Positions 40,351 through 50,086 of a DNA stretch of 64,000 nt are shown here, piece after piece. This stretch comes from a candidate division WOR-3 bacterium (GTDB taxonomy: Bacteria > Hydrothermota > Tepidihabitantia > Tepidihabitantales > Tepidihabitantaceae): the NCBI GenBank assembly GCA_965649205.1, contig CBFGJV010000007.1:1-64000 (forward strand). Reading direction: 5' to 3'. How positions within the stretch are numbered: position 1 is the stretch's first letter; each line of letters starts with the position of its first letter. The notes beneath the pieces were generated by a model. It was not told the DNA's origin, did no database searches, and saw only the letters and a list, made by a program, of their open reading frames with translations. The position numbers and the translations under genes are program-made.

Positions 40351-41007
40351 ATGAAAACGGCAAGGCATAGCTTCTTGTTGTCAGGCAGAAATTCGAGGGC
40401 TTTCGTAATCAGTTGCGATGCAAGAACCAGCACAGCAGACTGCGTATGGTGTCTGCTTTTTGTCATCTTGGTGCTGCTGGGGACGGGATGTCCTGAGTCC
40501 AGGACAGGGTTGGATTCAGGTGTCCGTCCCAGTCAGATAGTAGAAGAATTTGTGCTGCACGAGAGTGCGAGCGGGGAGAGACTGTACACACTTAGAGCCG
40601 AGACCGCGTATGTATATGATGCGGAGCAGCGCGTCGACGTGGTGGCTCCATGTGTATTTTTCTATGAGGCGGGCAGAACGATACACGCACTTCTAACCGC
40701 AGACCGGGGCGTGGTGTATTCTCAGACAGAAGACCTGGTAGCGCATGGTAAAGTGCTCGTTGTCACTGAGGATAGTACCAAGCTGTGGACCGATTCTCTA
40801 TTGTGGAATAACAGAACCAAACTGATAACGACCGATGCCCCGGTAGAAATCCAGACGCCGAAGGGGCGCATTGTAGGAGTGGGACTGGTGGCTGATGCCG
40901 GGTTGACGAAAATTGAAATTCTAAGTGCGGTTCAAGGTAGCTCCAGCTATAAGTTTGAGGTAGGCGCCGAAAGTAGTCCCGGTGCAGAAAATGCAGGCGA
41001 GCGTTGA
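40351..41007 (+). CDS. lptC: LPS export protein LptC (start uncertain)
   Basis: Hydrophobic N-terminus; beta-jellyroll motifs TDSLLWN, TDAPV, G.G..AD; position before lptA/lptB. Confidence 0.82.
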   Translation: MKTARHSFLLSGRNSRAFVISCDARTSTADCVWCLLFVILVLLGTGCPESRTGLDSGVRPSQIVEEFVLHESASGERLYTLRAETAYVYDAEQRVDVVAPCVFFYEAGRTIHALLTADRGVVYSQTEDLVAHGKVLVVTEDSTKLWTDSLLWNNRTKLITTDAPVEIQTPKGRIVGVGLVADAGLTKIEILSAVQGSSSYKFEVGAESSPGAENAGER

Positions 41008-42023
41008 CCGGTATGCAGAATGAGATTGTTGCTGCTGCAGGAGGGTTTTCGGTGTCAGTCCTCCTGCAGGTAGGCTTTATCAGAGCGAACTTCAGTATTC
41101 CCAAAGCCTGCTTCTTTTTTGTTTTGGGACTGGGGTTGTGTTTGTTCGGATTGGCAGCGGCGGCAGATTTGTATGCGAAGAAGATGGAGATTGTGCGTAC
41201 CGCGGAAGGACAGGTTACTTACTTCCAGGATAGTGTGCGTATCAGCGATGGTAGAACTCTTATCACCGCCGGTTGGGCCCGGGTGAACGAATCACGGGGT
41301 TTGGCGGTGATTGGGGAGTCGGTTGTAATTGAGAATCCAGATGTATTGATAACTGCTGACTCGTGCGTGTATCACATGGATACGCGGCGAACGGAATTGA
41401 CCGGTAGAGTGAGAGTAGAACAGGATTCGCTTGTCATCCTTGCGCCCGCGCTTGAGTATGTTCTGGACGGCAGGACAGTTTCTGCCGGAGCGGGGTTGGT
41501 AGTGCAGGTCAAGGAGGGAAAGACAGTGATTACTGGCGAGCGAGGCAGTTATGACCTTGCCAAGGGATTGGGCATCGTGGACCAAAGGCCAAGAATGATT
41601 CAGAAACAGGAGACTGACTCGGTGGTGGTAACGGCAGAACGAATGTCCTGGCTGGCCGGGGAATCACGCGCAGGAGCATACGGGAATGTGCGGGTGATGG
41701 CAGGAGGAGCAGAGATGAGTTGTGAATCTCTGGAATATGTGACAAGTCAGGATTCGGGATTTGCCTGGGGTTCGCCGGTGCTTACAGACAGCGTAAGCAG
41801 GACCACTGGTGATACGGTCGGGATATTAGTGCGGGAGGGTAACTTATACCAGGTGACTATCGCAGGAAATGCTACGAGTCGGTATCGTACGCAGAGCGGA
41901 GAGTTAATAGAGGTGTCGGGGAGAATCATATTGGTGCGGTTGGATGCGGGAAAGATTGACACGATTGATGTTGTGGATTTGGATTATGGTCGTGTGATCA
42001 GACAGCCGGAAAGTGGTACCTGA
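41004..42023 (+). CDS. LptA/OstA-like beta-jellyroll protein
   Basis: Repeated G.V.V..D....A..L.Y strands; between lptC and lptB; TTGA overlap with lptC. Confidence 0.78.
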   Translation: MTGMQNEIVAAAGGFSVSVLLQVGFIRANFSIPKACFFFVLGLGLCLFGLAAAADLYAKKMEIVRTAEGQVTYFQDSVRISDGRTLITAGWARVNESRGLAVIGESVVIENPDVLITADSCVYHMDTRRTELTGRVRVEQDSLVILAPALEYVLDGRTVSAGAGLVVQVKEGKTVITGERGSYDLAKGLGIVDQRPRMIQKQETDSVVVTAERMSWLAGESRAGAYGNVRVMAGGAEMSCESLEYVTSQDSGFAWGSPVLTDSVSRTTGDTVGILVREGNLYQVTIAGNATSRYRTQSGELIEVSGRIILVRLDAGKIDTIDVVDLDYGRVIRQPESGT

Positions 42024-42837
42024 AATGGGAAACGACTCTCAAGGCAGCGATGCTCGGCAGGTAAGTGCGGGTAAAGGAACGCAGCCCTTGCCTCCGTCTC
42101 GGCCCGGGGAAAACGGTAAGCGGCTACGGGCAGAGGGTCTGGTAAAAACCTACGGAGGCAGAAAGGTGGTGAACGAGGTTAGCCTGGAGCTATCTCAAGG
42201 AGAAGTGGTAGGTCTATTGGGCCCCAACGGTGCGGGAAAGACTACTACATTTCATATGATTACAGGCTTTGTCCGACCCGATCAGGGGCGAATCTGGTTA
42301 GATGGCACTGATATGACGGGAATGCCGGTGTATCGGCGTGCGCGGTTGGGACTGGGGTATTTGTCCCAGGAGCCCTCTATTTTTCGCAAGCTTTCCGTGC
42401 TGGACAATGTGAGGGCAATTCTGGAAATGGTGGGCTATGAGCGAGCAAGGATTGACGAGCGGGCAAGGGAGTTATTGGCCCGTTTTAATGTGTTGCACCT
42501 GGAGAAACAGCAGGGTGCCACTCTTTCTGGAGGAGAAAGGCGGCGGGCAGAGCTGGCTCGGGCTTTGGCTAGCGCACCTCACTTTTTGCTGCTTGATGAG
42601 CCATTCACAGGGGTTGACCCCATAGTGCGGGCGGAAATTCAGGACATAGTGCGTGGGTTGAAAGAAGACGGACTGGGAATTCTCATTACCGATCATAATG
42701 TGCGCGAGACGCTGGAGATAACTGATCGAGCTTACATTATGTACGATGCGCAGGTGCTGCTTTCTGGTACCTCGCATGACCTGGTGAACGACCCGAAGGC
42801 AAGACAGGTTTATCTGGGAGAAAGGTTCCGAATATGA
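42013..42837 (+). CDS. lptB: LPS export ABC transporter ATPase LptB
   Basis: GPNGAGKTT, LSGGERRR, LLDEPF, ITDHNVRETL, VYLGE.F. Confidence 0.96.
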   Translation: MVPEMGNDSQGSDARQVSAGKGTQPLPPSRPGENGKRLRAEGLVKTYGGRKVVNEVSLELSQGEVVGLLGPNGAGKTTTFHMITGFVRPDQGRIWLDGTDMTGMPVYRRARLGLGYLSQEPSIFRKLSVLDNVRAILEMVGYERARIDERARELLARFNVLHLEKQQGATLSGGERRRAELARALASAPHFLLLDEPFTGVDPIVRAEIQDIVRGLKEDGLGILITDHNVRETLEITDRAYIMYDAQVLLSGTSHDLVNDPKARQVYLGERFRI

Positions 42838-44330
42838 AACAAGAGCTGGGAATGGGGTTGGACCAGAGGCAAGTACTGGGTCAGTACCTAACGCCGCAGC
42901 TGGTTCTTAATTTGAAGTTGCTGCAGATGCCGACACTGGAGTTGGAAGCGGTGATTAGGCAGGAGTTGGAGGAAAATCCGGCGTTGGAAGAAGCAGATGA
43001 CGAGGATACAGAAGTTACGGCATGGGAAAGAGAAGAGGAGCCGGTTTTGCAGGTGGCAACCGATACGACAGAGGAATCTGAACAATCGCTACTGCCGGGA
43101 GCAAACGAGGGGTCTCTGGAGCTGCGACCCGGTGAAGTAGACACTCCGGAAGAGCTGCCAGCTGATGCCTATTCATTGGAAGACCTGATGCCTGATGACG
43201 GCGATTTGCCGAGTTTGCCAAGTTCTGCAGGAGGAGAGAATGCTGCTGAGGTCTGGGAGGTGGTGTCCGAGCCGGAGCCGGACCTGCGTGAGGCGTTGCT
43301 GCCGGTACTGCAGACTTTGTTGTCTGCAGATGATGCAGCGGTTGCAGAGAATATTTTTGACTACCTGAACGAGGACGGATTCTTAACAGTAGAAGAGGGG
43401 GAACTGGCACAGATTCTGCAGGTTGACCCTGCCCGCCTGCAGCGAATACTACAGATAATACGGCAGATTGAACCGGGCGGAATCGGTTGCCGCAATCTGC
43501 AACACGCATTTCAGGTGCAGTTGGAGCTTTTGGGTTTTGAGCCGACCAGCTTGGAAAACCAGTTAGTGACTGCGTACTGGGAATTGCTTTTGGCAAAGAA
43601 GATAGACAGAATTGTCCAGTGCTCGGGCGCAAGCGAGGAGCAGGTAAGAAAAGCGCTGGCAAAGATACTGACTCTGGAGACGAGACCGGCCAGAAGGTTT
43701 TCCGCGGTGCGGACTGAGTATGTAATGCCTGATTTCAGCGTGGAATTACGTGAAGGCCGGCCGGTGGTGGAGGCAAACGACAGTTCCCTACCTCGGCTGA
43801 AACTGTCTCGGCAATACGCGGAGATACTGCGTAATCCCAAAGCCTTTTCCAAAGAACAGGTTCAGTTTGCCCGCGAAAAGTTCAACCGCGCGCTCATGTT
43901 CCTGCGGGGAATAGAGTCACGGCGGCGTACGCTCAGGCGACTTATGGAACTCGTGGTCGAGGAACAAAGGGACTTCTTTCTGAAAGGACCGGAGTACCTG
44001 AAACCGGCTACATTGAAAGAGGCGGCTGAACGACTGCAGGTGCACCCTTCTACTGTTTCCCGGGCCACTGCGGGTAAATATGTGGAGACCTGCTATGGCA
44101 TTTTCCCGCTTAAGCATTTTTTCCGGGCCGGGACAGGCGACAGATCGCGTATGAGTATCAGGGAGCGCATAAGGCAGATGGTGGACAATGAGGATAAATC
44201 TGCTCCCCTGAGTGACGACGATATGGTTGCATTGCTGCAAAAGGAAGGTATCAAGGTGGCGCGGCGGACCGTGGCTAAGTATAGACAGGAACTGGGTATT
44301 CCGGGAAGAAATCAAAGGTTGAGAGTTTGA
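42834..44330 (+). CDS. rpoN: RNA polymerase sigma-54 factor
   Basis: LLQM...LE.NPAL, H.STVSR, RpoN box ARRTVAKYR. Confidence 0.96.
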   Translation: MKQELGMGLDQRQVLGQYLTPQLVLNLKLLQMPTLELEAVIRQELEENPALEEADDEDTEVTAWEREEEPVLQVATDTTEESEQSLLPGANEGSLELRPGEVDTPEELPADAYSLEDLMPDDGDLPSLPSSAGGENAAEVWEVVSEPEPDLREALLPVLQTLLSADDAAVAENIFDYLNEDGFLTVEEGELAQILQVDPARLQRILQIIRQIEPGGIGCRNLQHAFQVQLELLGFEPTSLENQLVTAYWELLLAKKIDRIVQCSGASEEQVRKALAKILTLETRPARRFSAVRTEYVMPDFSVELREGRPVVEANDSSLPRLKLSRQYAEILRNPKAFSKEQVQFAREKFNRALMFLRGIESRRRTLRRLMELVVEEQRDFFLKGPEYLKPATLKEAAERLQVHPSTVSRATAGKYVETCYGIFPLKHFFRAGTGDRSRMSIRERIRQMVDNEDKSAPLSDDDMVALLQKEGIKVARRTVAKYRQELGIPGRNQRLRV

Positions 44331-44349
44331 TCAGAGAAGGGCAGGAGCG

Positions 44350-46251
44350 GTGCACGTAGTAGTCGGTACTGCGGGCCACATTGACCACGGGAAGAGCGCC
44401 TTGGTACGGGCGCTTACTGGTACTGACCCGGACCGTCTCAAGGAAGAGAAAGAAAGGGGGATGACCACAGATTTGGGTTTTGCTTTCCTGGGAGACAACA
44501 TAACCATTATAGATGTGCCCGGGCACGAGAAATTCGTCCGTCATATGCTGGCTGGTGCTAGCACCATTGACCTTGTGTTGCTGGTGGTGGCTGCGGATGA
44601 CGGAGTAATGCCTCAGACCAGAGAACATTTTGAGATATGCAAGCTTATGGGAATACGCAAGGGATTGGTGGTAATAAACAAGGCAGACCTGGTGGATGCA
44701 GAAATGCTGGAGCTGGTAAGGCAAGAAATAGCTGCGCTGGCGCAGGGGTCGTTTCTGGAGGGTGCGCCTGTTTTGGTGGTTTCAGCTCTCACTGGTCAGG
44801 GAGTGCCAGAACTCAGGGAGGCTATAGTAGAGATGGCCGGCAGGGTAGAACCCAAGCCGGACAGAGGTGTTTTCCGTATGCCGATAGACCGCTGTTTTTC
44901 TTTGCGGGGTTTTGGTACAGTGGTGGCGGGTACAATTCTTTCTGGTCAAGTACGGGTGGGAGAGCGACTGGAACTTCTTCCTGCTCAGATGGAAGTGCGG
45001 GTGCGGGGAATACAGAAACACAACCGGCCAGCAGATTCTGCCGGTCTGGGAGAAAGAGCAGCGCTGAACCTGCAGGGCGTGGAGCGGGAGACTGTGACGC
45101 GGGGCTGGGTTCTAGCCACCCCAGGCTATTACCAGCCTATGACCAGGTTCAATGCCTGGCTGTATCTATTGAGACAGGACACACGACCTCTGCGGAATCT
45201 TACGAGGTTGAAGCTGCATATCGGTACGGCAGAAAAGATGTGCCGGATTGTGCTTTTGGACAAGAAGGAACTTCTGCCCGGGCAGGAAGCGTACGTGCAA
45301 TGCCGGGTAGAAGAACCGGTGGTATGTGACTGGAATGACCATTTTGTCATCCGTACGTTTGCGCCTCAGCAGACGATAGGCGGCGGGGTAGTTCTAGAGA
45401 CGAATTCGGATAAGGAAAAAAGGTTTGACGATGCGGTCATTCAGCGACTCCGGGCGTTGCGTTCAGGAGAAGCGGGTAGTGTGCTGGAACAGTATCTGAT
45501 AAAAGCGGGACCAGAACCCAAAACTATGTTTCAGGCATGCCGGGACCTGGCCCTGGCTGAGGTGGAGGCGACAAAGATGCTGGAGGTGCTGGTGCGAACC
45601 GGCAGGGTGCGTCGGTTTCAGTGGGAAGCAAAGGAATGGTTAATACATGAACAGTCTTTTGCCCAGGCAGTGGCTGCAATTGAGTCTTTTCTGGCGGATT
45701 TTCACCGGCAGAATCCTTTTCGCCTGGGATTGAGGCGGCCCGAGTTGCGGGTAAAGGCGGGGTTGCCGATTGCGCTTTATGAGGCGGCACTGGCACATTT
45801 GGTGAGCACAGGCCGCATCGCGGTTGAGGCAGAGCGAATAAGGTTTGCAGAACACAGGCTGCAACTGAGTCCAATCGAGCAGAAACACTTTGATCGACTG
45901 AGCAATACTTTTCGAGAGGCGGGTCTGCAGGCACCTTCTCTGGCAGAAGAACTGGCGATGCTGGAGAAGAGAGTGGCAGAAAGAGTGCGGGCTGCGTTGC
46001 TGGAAACAGGCACTCTTGTAGACTTGGGTGAGTCGGTGGTGCTGCATCGCGACACAATACGGGCGGCAGAGGACAAAATACGGCGTCTGTTTTCCCGCAA
46101 GCCGGAGCTGACTGCTTCGGAAATCAGGCAGGAGCTGGGCACGACTCGCAAATATCTGATTCCTCTGCTGAACTACTTTGACTCCCGGGGTATAACGCAA
46201 AGAAAAGGCGAGGTAAGGATTTTAAAGCAGAAAGGAACTACTGACCTGTGA
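44350..46251 (+). CDS. selB: Selenocysteine-specific elongation factor SelB
   Basis: [19 protein letters not shown], winged-helix C-terminus [14 protein letters not shown]. Confidence 0.96.
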   Translation: MHVVVGTAGHIDHGKSALVRALTGTDPDRLKEEKERGMTTDLGFAFLGDNITIIDVPGHEKFVRHMLAGASTIDLVLLVVAADDGVMPQTREHFEICKLMGIRKGLVVINKADLVDAEMLELVRQEIAALAQGSFLEGAPVLVVSALTGQGVPELREAIVEMAGRVEPKPDRGVFRMPIDRCFSLRGFGTVVAGTILSGQVRVGERLELLPAQMEVRVRGIQKHNRPADSAGLGERAALNLQGVERETVTRGWVLATPGYYQPMTRFNAWLYLLRQDTRPLRNLTRLKLHIGTAEKMCRIVLLDKKELLPGQEAYVQCRVEEPVVCDWNDHFVIRTFAPQQTIGGGVVLETNSDKEKRFDDAVIQRLRALRSGEAGSVLEQYLIKAGPEPKTMFQACRDLALAEVEATKMLEVLVRTGRVRRFQWEAKEWLIHEQSFAQAVAAIESFLADFHRQNPFRLGLRRPELRVKAGLPIALYEAALAHLVSTGRIAVEAERIRFAEHRLQLSPIEQKHFDRLSNTFREAGLQAPSLAEELAMLEKRVAERVRAALLETGTLVDLGESVVLHRDTIRAAEDKIRRLFSRKPELTASEIRQELGTTRKYLIPLLNYFDSRGITQRKGEVRILKQKGTTDL

Positions 46252-46334
46252 CTTGTCTGCAGTTACAAGGATCGAGTCTATTACTGGCGCCAAAGAACCG
46301 GCGGCAAATAACCGATAAGGAGTCTAATGGGTAG
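46248..46334 (+). other. Candidate bridge ORF selB to selD (28 aa)
   Basis: GTGA overlap with the selB stop; ends ATGGGTAG on the selD start. Confidence 0.4.
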
Positions 46335-47367
46335 GAAAGGAATACTGGCCACGGTAAGTTGTGCAGGTTGAGCGTCCAAGCTTAGTAAGGCGCAGTTGGC
46401 GCTCGTACTTGACAAACTGAGAAGACACGAGGACCCCAGACTGCTTGTGGGTATTAATACTGCGGACGACGCCGGGGTTTTCTTGTTGCGACCTGATCTG
46501 GCATTGGTGCAGACTGTGGATTTGCTCACGCCTATGGTGGAGGACCCCTATGTCTTTGGCCGGATTGCGGCTACTAATTCTCTTTCAGACGTTTATGCCA
46601 TGGCCGGCACGCCGGTGACAGTTTTGAACATAGCCGGTTTTCCGGCGCCCGCGGACAAATCCTGGCTTGCCGCTATATTGCAAGGCGGTGAGGACGCAGT
46701 GGCTGAGGCTGGGGCGGTGGTATGTGGCGGTCATACTTTCAACGAAAAGGAAATAAAGTTTGGGCTGGCCGTGACCGGTACCATTGATCCGGGGCGGATT
46801 GTAACTAATGCCGGCGCCAAGCCCGGAGACGTTCTGGTTCTGACCAAGCCTTTGGGAACAGGGATATTTGCACAAGTGATGATGAACGAAGATAAGGTTG
46901 ATGAACGACTTTATCAGGCGGCAGTTCAATCGATGATGACCTTAAATCGGGCAGGGTCAGAGGCTATGGTTCAACTGGGGGCGAATGCAGCAACGGATAT
47001 TACCGGTTTTGGTTTGCTTGGACACGCCCAGGAGATGGCTCAGGCCAGTAGAGTGAGTATAAGGCTGGAGTTCAGCAGGATTCCCCTTCTGCCTGGGGTA
47101 CGGGAGCTGGCGCGGGCCGGTATAGTGGATGCGGGGGTGGCTATGAATATGTCCAGTTTCGAGCAGTATGTGCACTGGGCCGAGTCCATTGTTGAATCTG
47201 ACCGCAATTTGCTTTGGGAGTCAGAAAGTTCCGGTGGTCTTCTAGTGAGCCTTCCTCAGGAAAGTGCAGAACGGTATCTGGAAGCGGTGGGTGAGAGGGG
47301 GGTACAGGCAGCGGTAATCGGCGAAGTGCGGACAGGACCGCCTGGCGAAGTGGAAGTAAGGAGTTAG
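46327..47367 (+). CDS. selD: Selenide, water dikinase SelD, selenoprotein (UGA=Sec at codon 15, 46369-46371)
   Basis: ATG 46327 with AAGGAG RBS; MGRKGILATVSCAG-U-ASK in frame with ORF 46396; DDAG, NSLSDVYAM, GGHT, TDITGFGLLGH. Confidence 0.94.
46384..46409 (+). promoter_or_regulatory. Candidate bacterial SECIS hairpin of selD
   Basis: AGTA/TACT lower stem, GCGC/GCGC upper stem, AGTTG loop starting 22 nt after the UGA. Confidence 0.5.
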
Positions 47368-47369
47368 TT

Positions 47370-48224
47370 ATGTTCTGGCAGGCGCTAAAGACACAGTTTT
47401 TCAGTCCGGAGAAACTCGTTGATTATGCAGTCAGGGCCATTCAGATAGTTCTGGTCTTGGTAGGAGCCTGGTTGGTTTATCTGGTGGTTAGTAGAATTCT
47501 GCGTCGGGCGCTAAGTCGGGCACAATTGCACGAGCGACGGGCAAGAACGCTTCTGTCTCTTATTCAGAGTCTGCTTGGTTACGGTATTCTATTTGTGGCT
47601 ATCGTACTGGTATTGCGCATTCTGGGAGTAGATTATACGGCGATCCTGGCCGGAGCGGGTGTGGTGGGTCTGGCGGTAGGTTTTGGCGCGCAGACGCTGG
47701 TGCGAGATTTTATATCAGGCTTTTTTCTTCTTTTTGAAGATTTGATTAGCGTAGGGGACTTTGTCACGGTAGGCGACATTTCCGGCACGGTGGAAAGAGT
47801 GGGATTAAGGATAACTCAACTGCGGGGTTTTGACGGTACCCTGCATGTGGTGCCCAACGGAGAGTTGACCAAGTTTGGTAATGCTAATCGCGGTTTCTGC
47901 CGGGCTCTGGTAACGGTGGATATGGCATACGAGCAAGATACGCAGAAAGGGCTTTCTCTGGCCGCGGAGGCGGCAAGGCGGTGGTATGAGGCCAATAGAG
48001 AATTGGCTCTGGAACCGCCAGAGGTTCAGGGCATAGTGGCTTTTGGCGAATCGGGTGTGAGAATCCGGGTGGTGGCGAAAGTGCAACCTATGCAGCACTG
48101 GCAGGCCGAACGTTCCTTGCGTCTGGTTCTAAAGGAAGCCTTTGATGCCGCGGGGATTGAGATACCTTTTCCGCGACGGGTGGTGTATGCCAGACAGGAA
48201 AAGTCTGGTACTACCCACGGTTGA
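47370..48224 (+). CDS. mscS: Small-conductance mechanosensitive channel (MscS family)
   Basis: GLAVGFGAQ.LVRDFISG, VPNG, GIEIPFP. Confidence 0.92.
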   Translation: MFWQALKTQFFSPEKLVDYAVRAIQIVLVLVGAWLVYLVVSRILRRALSRAQLHERRARTLLSLIQSLLGYGILFVAIVLVLRILGVDYTAILAGAGVVGLAVGFGAQTLVRDFISGFFLLFEDLISVGDFVTVGDISGTVERVGLRITQLRGFDGTLHVVPNGELTKFGNANRGFCRALVTVDMAYEQDTQKGLSLAAEAARRWYEANRELALEPPEVQGIVAFGESGVRIRVVAKVQPMQHWQAERSLRLVLKEAFDAAGIEIPFPRRVVYARQEKSGTTHG

Positions 48225-48239
48225 GCTCTGCCGGTTATT

Positions 48240-48653
48240 CTAGTCTGACAGGTGGTTTTCCCTGGCCGAATCGGTCCGGTCGGCTTCGGCTTGAAGACGA
48301 TGTAGTTCCTCGTCGGTCAGCCCGAAGTAGTGACCAACCTCATGGATTACCACCTTGCGAACGAGAGCGCGTACTTCGTCTTCGGTACGGCACTGACGTT
48401 CTATCGGAACTTGAAAAATAAGAATGCGGTCAGGCAGAACATTGCCGTACCAGGGACCGCGACGCGAGAAGGGCACACCTTGATACGCACCTAGCAACTG
48501 CAGCGGGTGATGACCCAGCTGCTCGGCCAGAGCTGGAGGGGCGTAGGGCATCGTCTCAATTCCAATGTTTTCGAATCTCCTGCGGAAGTACTCGGGAATT
48601 CCAGCTACTGCTTCTTCTACTAGCTCGGCGAATCGCTCCGGACTCAGCTTCAC
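48240..48653 (-). CDS. Minimal zincin metallopeptidase (DUF1025/Zincin_1-like)
   Basis: LLGAYQG, PDRI.IF, HEVGHYFG. Confidence 0.88.
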   Translation of the reverse strand: MKLSPERFAELVEEAVAGIPEYFRRRFENIGIETMPYAPPALAEQLGHHPLQLLGAYQGVPFSRRGPWYGNVLPDRILIFQVPIERQCRTEDEVRALVRKVVIHEVGHYFGLTDEELHRLQAEADRTDSARENHLSD

Positions 48654-48707
48654 CTTTCTCTGCCTCCAGTTTTTCTGCCTGTCATTTACTCAGAAATTCC
48701 GAACGGT

Positions 48708-49403
48708 CTAAGTCGCCTGATCTCTGGGGCCGAAAATTGCGGTGCCTATGCGAATGATGGTGGCTCCCTCCTCGATGCCCTGTACGAAATCAGACGACAT
48801 TCCCATAGACAGATGCGGAAGGGGAATCGAAAAACGTTGCCGCAGTGTTTCTGCTAGCTGGCGCAGGAGTCGAAAGCAGGGCCGGGAAGCTTCCGGGTCT
48901 TCTACCGCCCAGCCCGGGCCGATGGTCATCAGGCCTACCAGATGCAGTTTGTCTAACTGTAAAACAGTTTCAACGAGCTCATTGAGCTTTTCTGGAGCAA
49001 CACCAAACTTTGTTGGCTCTTTGGAAGTATTGACCTCGATAAGCACGTCCATAGTAGTGGCCATCTGTTCACACCGTTTCTGCACTACAACGGCAAGGTG
49101 CGGAGAATCAATGCTTTGTAAGACGGAAAATAGTTCCAGAGCCTTCTTGACTTTGTTGGTCTGGAGATGTCCAACAAGATGCCAGGTGGCCGGAAGGGTC
49201 ACTAACGGCTTTTTGGCCGCTGCTTCTTGCACGCGGTTCTCTCCAATGTTGGTGATGCCGGCTCGAATCGCAGCGGTGATTTCCTCGGGGGTGCGGGTCT
49301 TGGAAACGGCTACCAGGGTAATTTCCTGTCGCTGTCTTCCTGAGCGGTGGCAGGCGGCGCAAATCTTCTCTTCTAGTCTCTTTACGTTTTCGGCAATACT
49401 CAC
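48708..49403 (-). CDS. yggS: PLP homeostasis protein (YggS family)
   Basis: [41 protein letters not shown] start at 49403. Confidence 0.95.
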   Translation of the reverse strand: MSIAENVKRLEEKICAACHRSGRQRQEITLVAVSKTRTPEEITAAIRAGITNIGENRVQEAAAKKPLVTLPATWHLVGHLQTNKVKKALELFSVLQSIDSPHLAVVVQKRCEQMATTMDVLIEVNTSKEPTKFGVAPEKLNELVETVLQLDKLHLVGLMTIGPGWAVEDPEASRPCFRLLRQLAETLRQRFSIPLPHLSMGMSSDFVQGIEEGATIIRIGTAIFGPRDQAT

Positions 49404-49408
49404 GCCAG

Positions 49409-49436
49409 AGTATAAAGCGGGAACTAACCTAATCAA
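49409..49436 (-). promoter_or_regulatory. Promoter for a probably leaderless yggS mRNA
   Basis: TTGATT-N16-TATACT, 5 nt before the GTG; no SD. Confidence 0.65.
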
Positions 49437-50049
49437 GATTCGGCTGGCGTGACCTTACACGTGAAAGAAAGTGTGGCTTGTTTCAGGCGTACTCAGGAAA
49501 AGGGACTGCGATTAGGGCAAAGGTGCGGGGAATAACAGGCAATATACCGAACGAGGTGACTATTCAGGTGAAGGGAGAGGTGGTAGAGGTTGGCGGTTTG
49601 CAGACTGGAACCAGAACTTAAGAGGAGCAGGGAGCGGTACCGGTGGCAGCATTAGCTAGCCGAGCAGAAAGGAGGGCTATTGAGAAAGCACAGGAGGAAG
49701 TCGGGCGGAGGGTAACAGACAGAATGATATAAGAAGTCGAGGGGGGAGCCGCCTGGGGAACGGCTCGGGGGCAGCCCCCCGGCTGGGGATACCTGCAAAG
49801 CGGTTATTATCTAACTAAGTGTAAAAATGGGAGTTAGTCAGTTGTTATCGCGAGGGTGGGTACTTTGAGTTTCATGGTCATGATCGTTCATCAGTATGCT
49901 CAACTTGAGTAAAGGGGTATGGCCTGCAGTTTTGTCGGGGAATCAGGCCGGTAGGATAAGTAGGATAAGTCCTAGCAAAGCTGATTCGGGAAGAAATAAC
50001 AGGCGGGGTTGCCGGTGGGACGGTAAGGCTGGGCCTGTATTTTGGTTGC

Positions 50050-50077
50050 TTGACAGAACGGACTAGACGGCTATCTT
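50050..50077 (+). promoter_or_regulatory. sigma70-type promoter
   Basis: TTGACA-N16-TATCTT. Confidence 0.65.
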
Positions 50078-50086
50078 GGGCAGCAG

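Noticed and set aside
49693..49730. GAGGAAGTCGGGC resembling the RNase P RNA 5' motif
   Set aside because: Does not match GAGGAAAGTCC, and no 3' ACAnAAnnCGGCTTA partner was found downstream
49950..49970. Tandem GTAGGATAA duplication
   Set aside because: Only two copies with no spacers; not CRISPR
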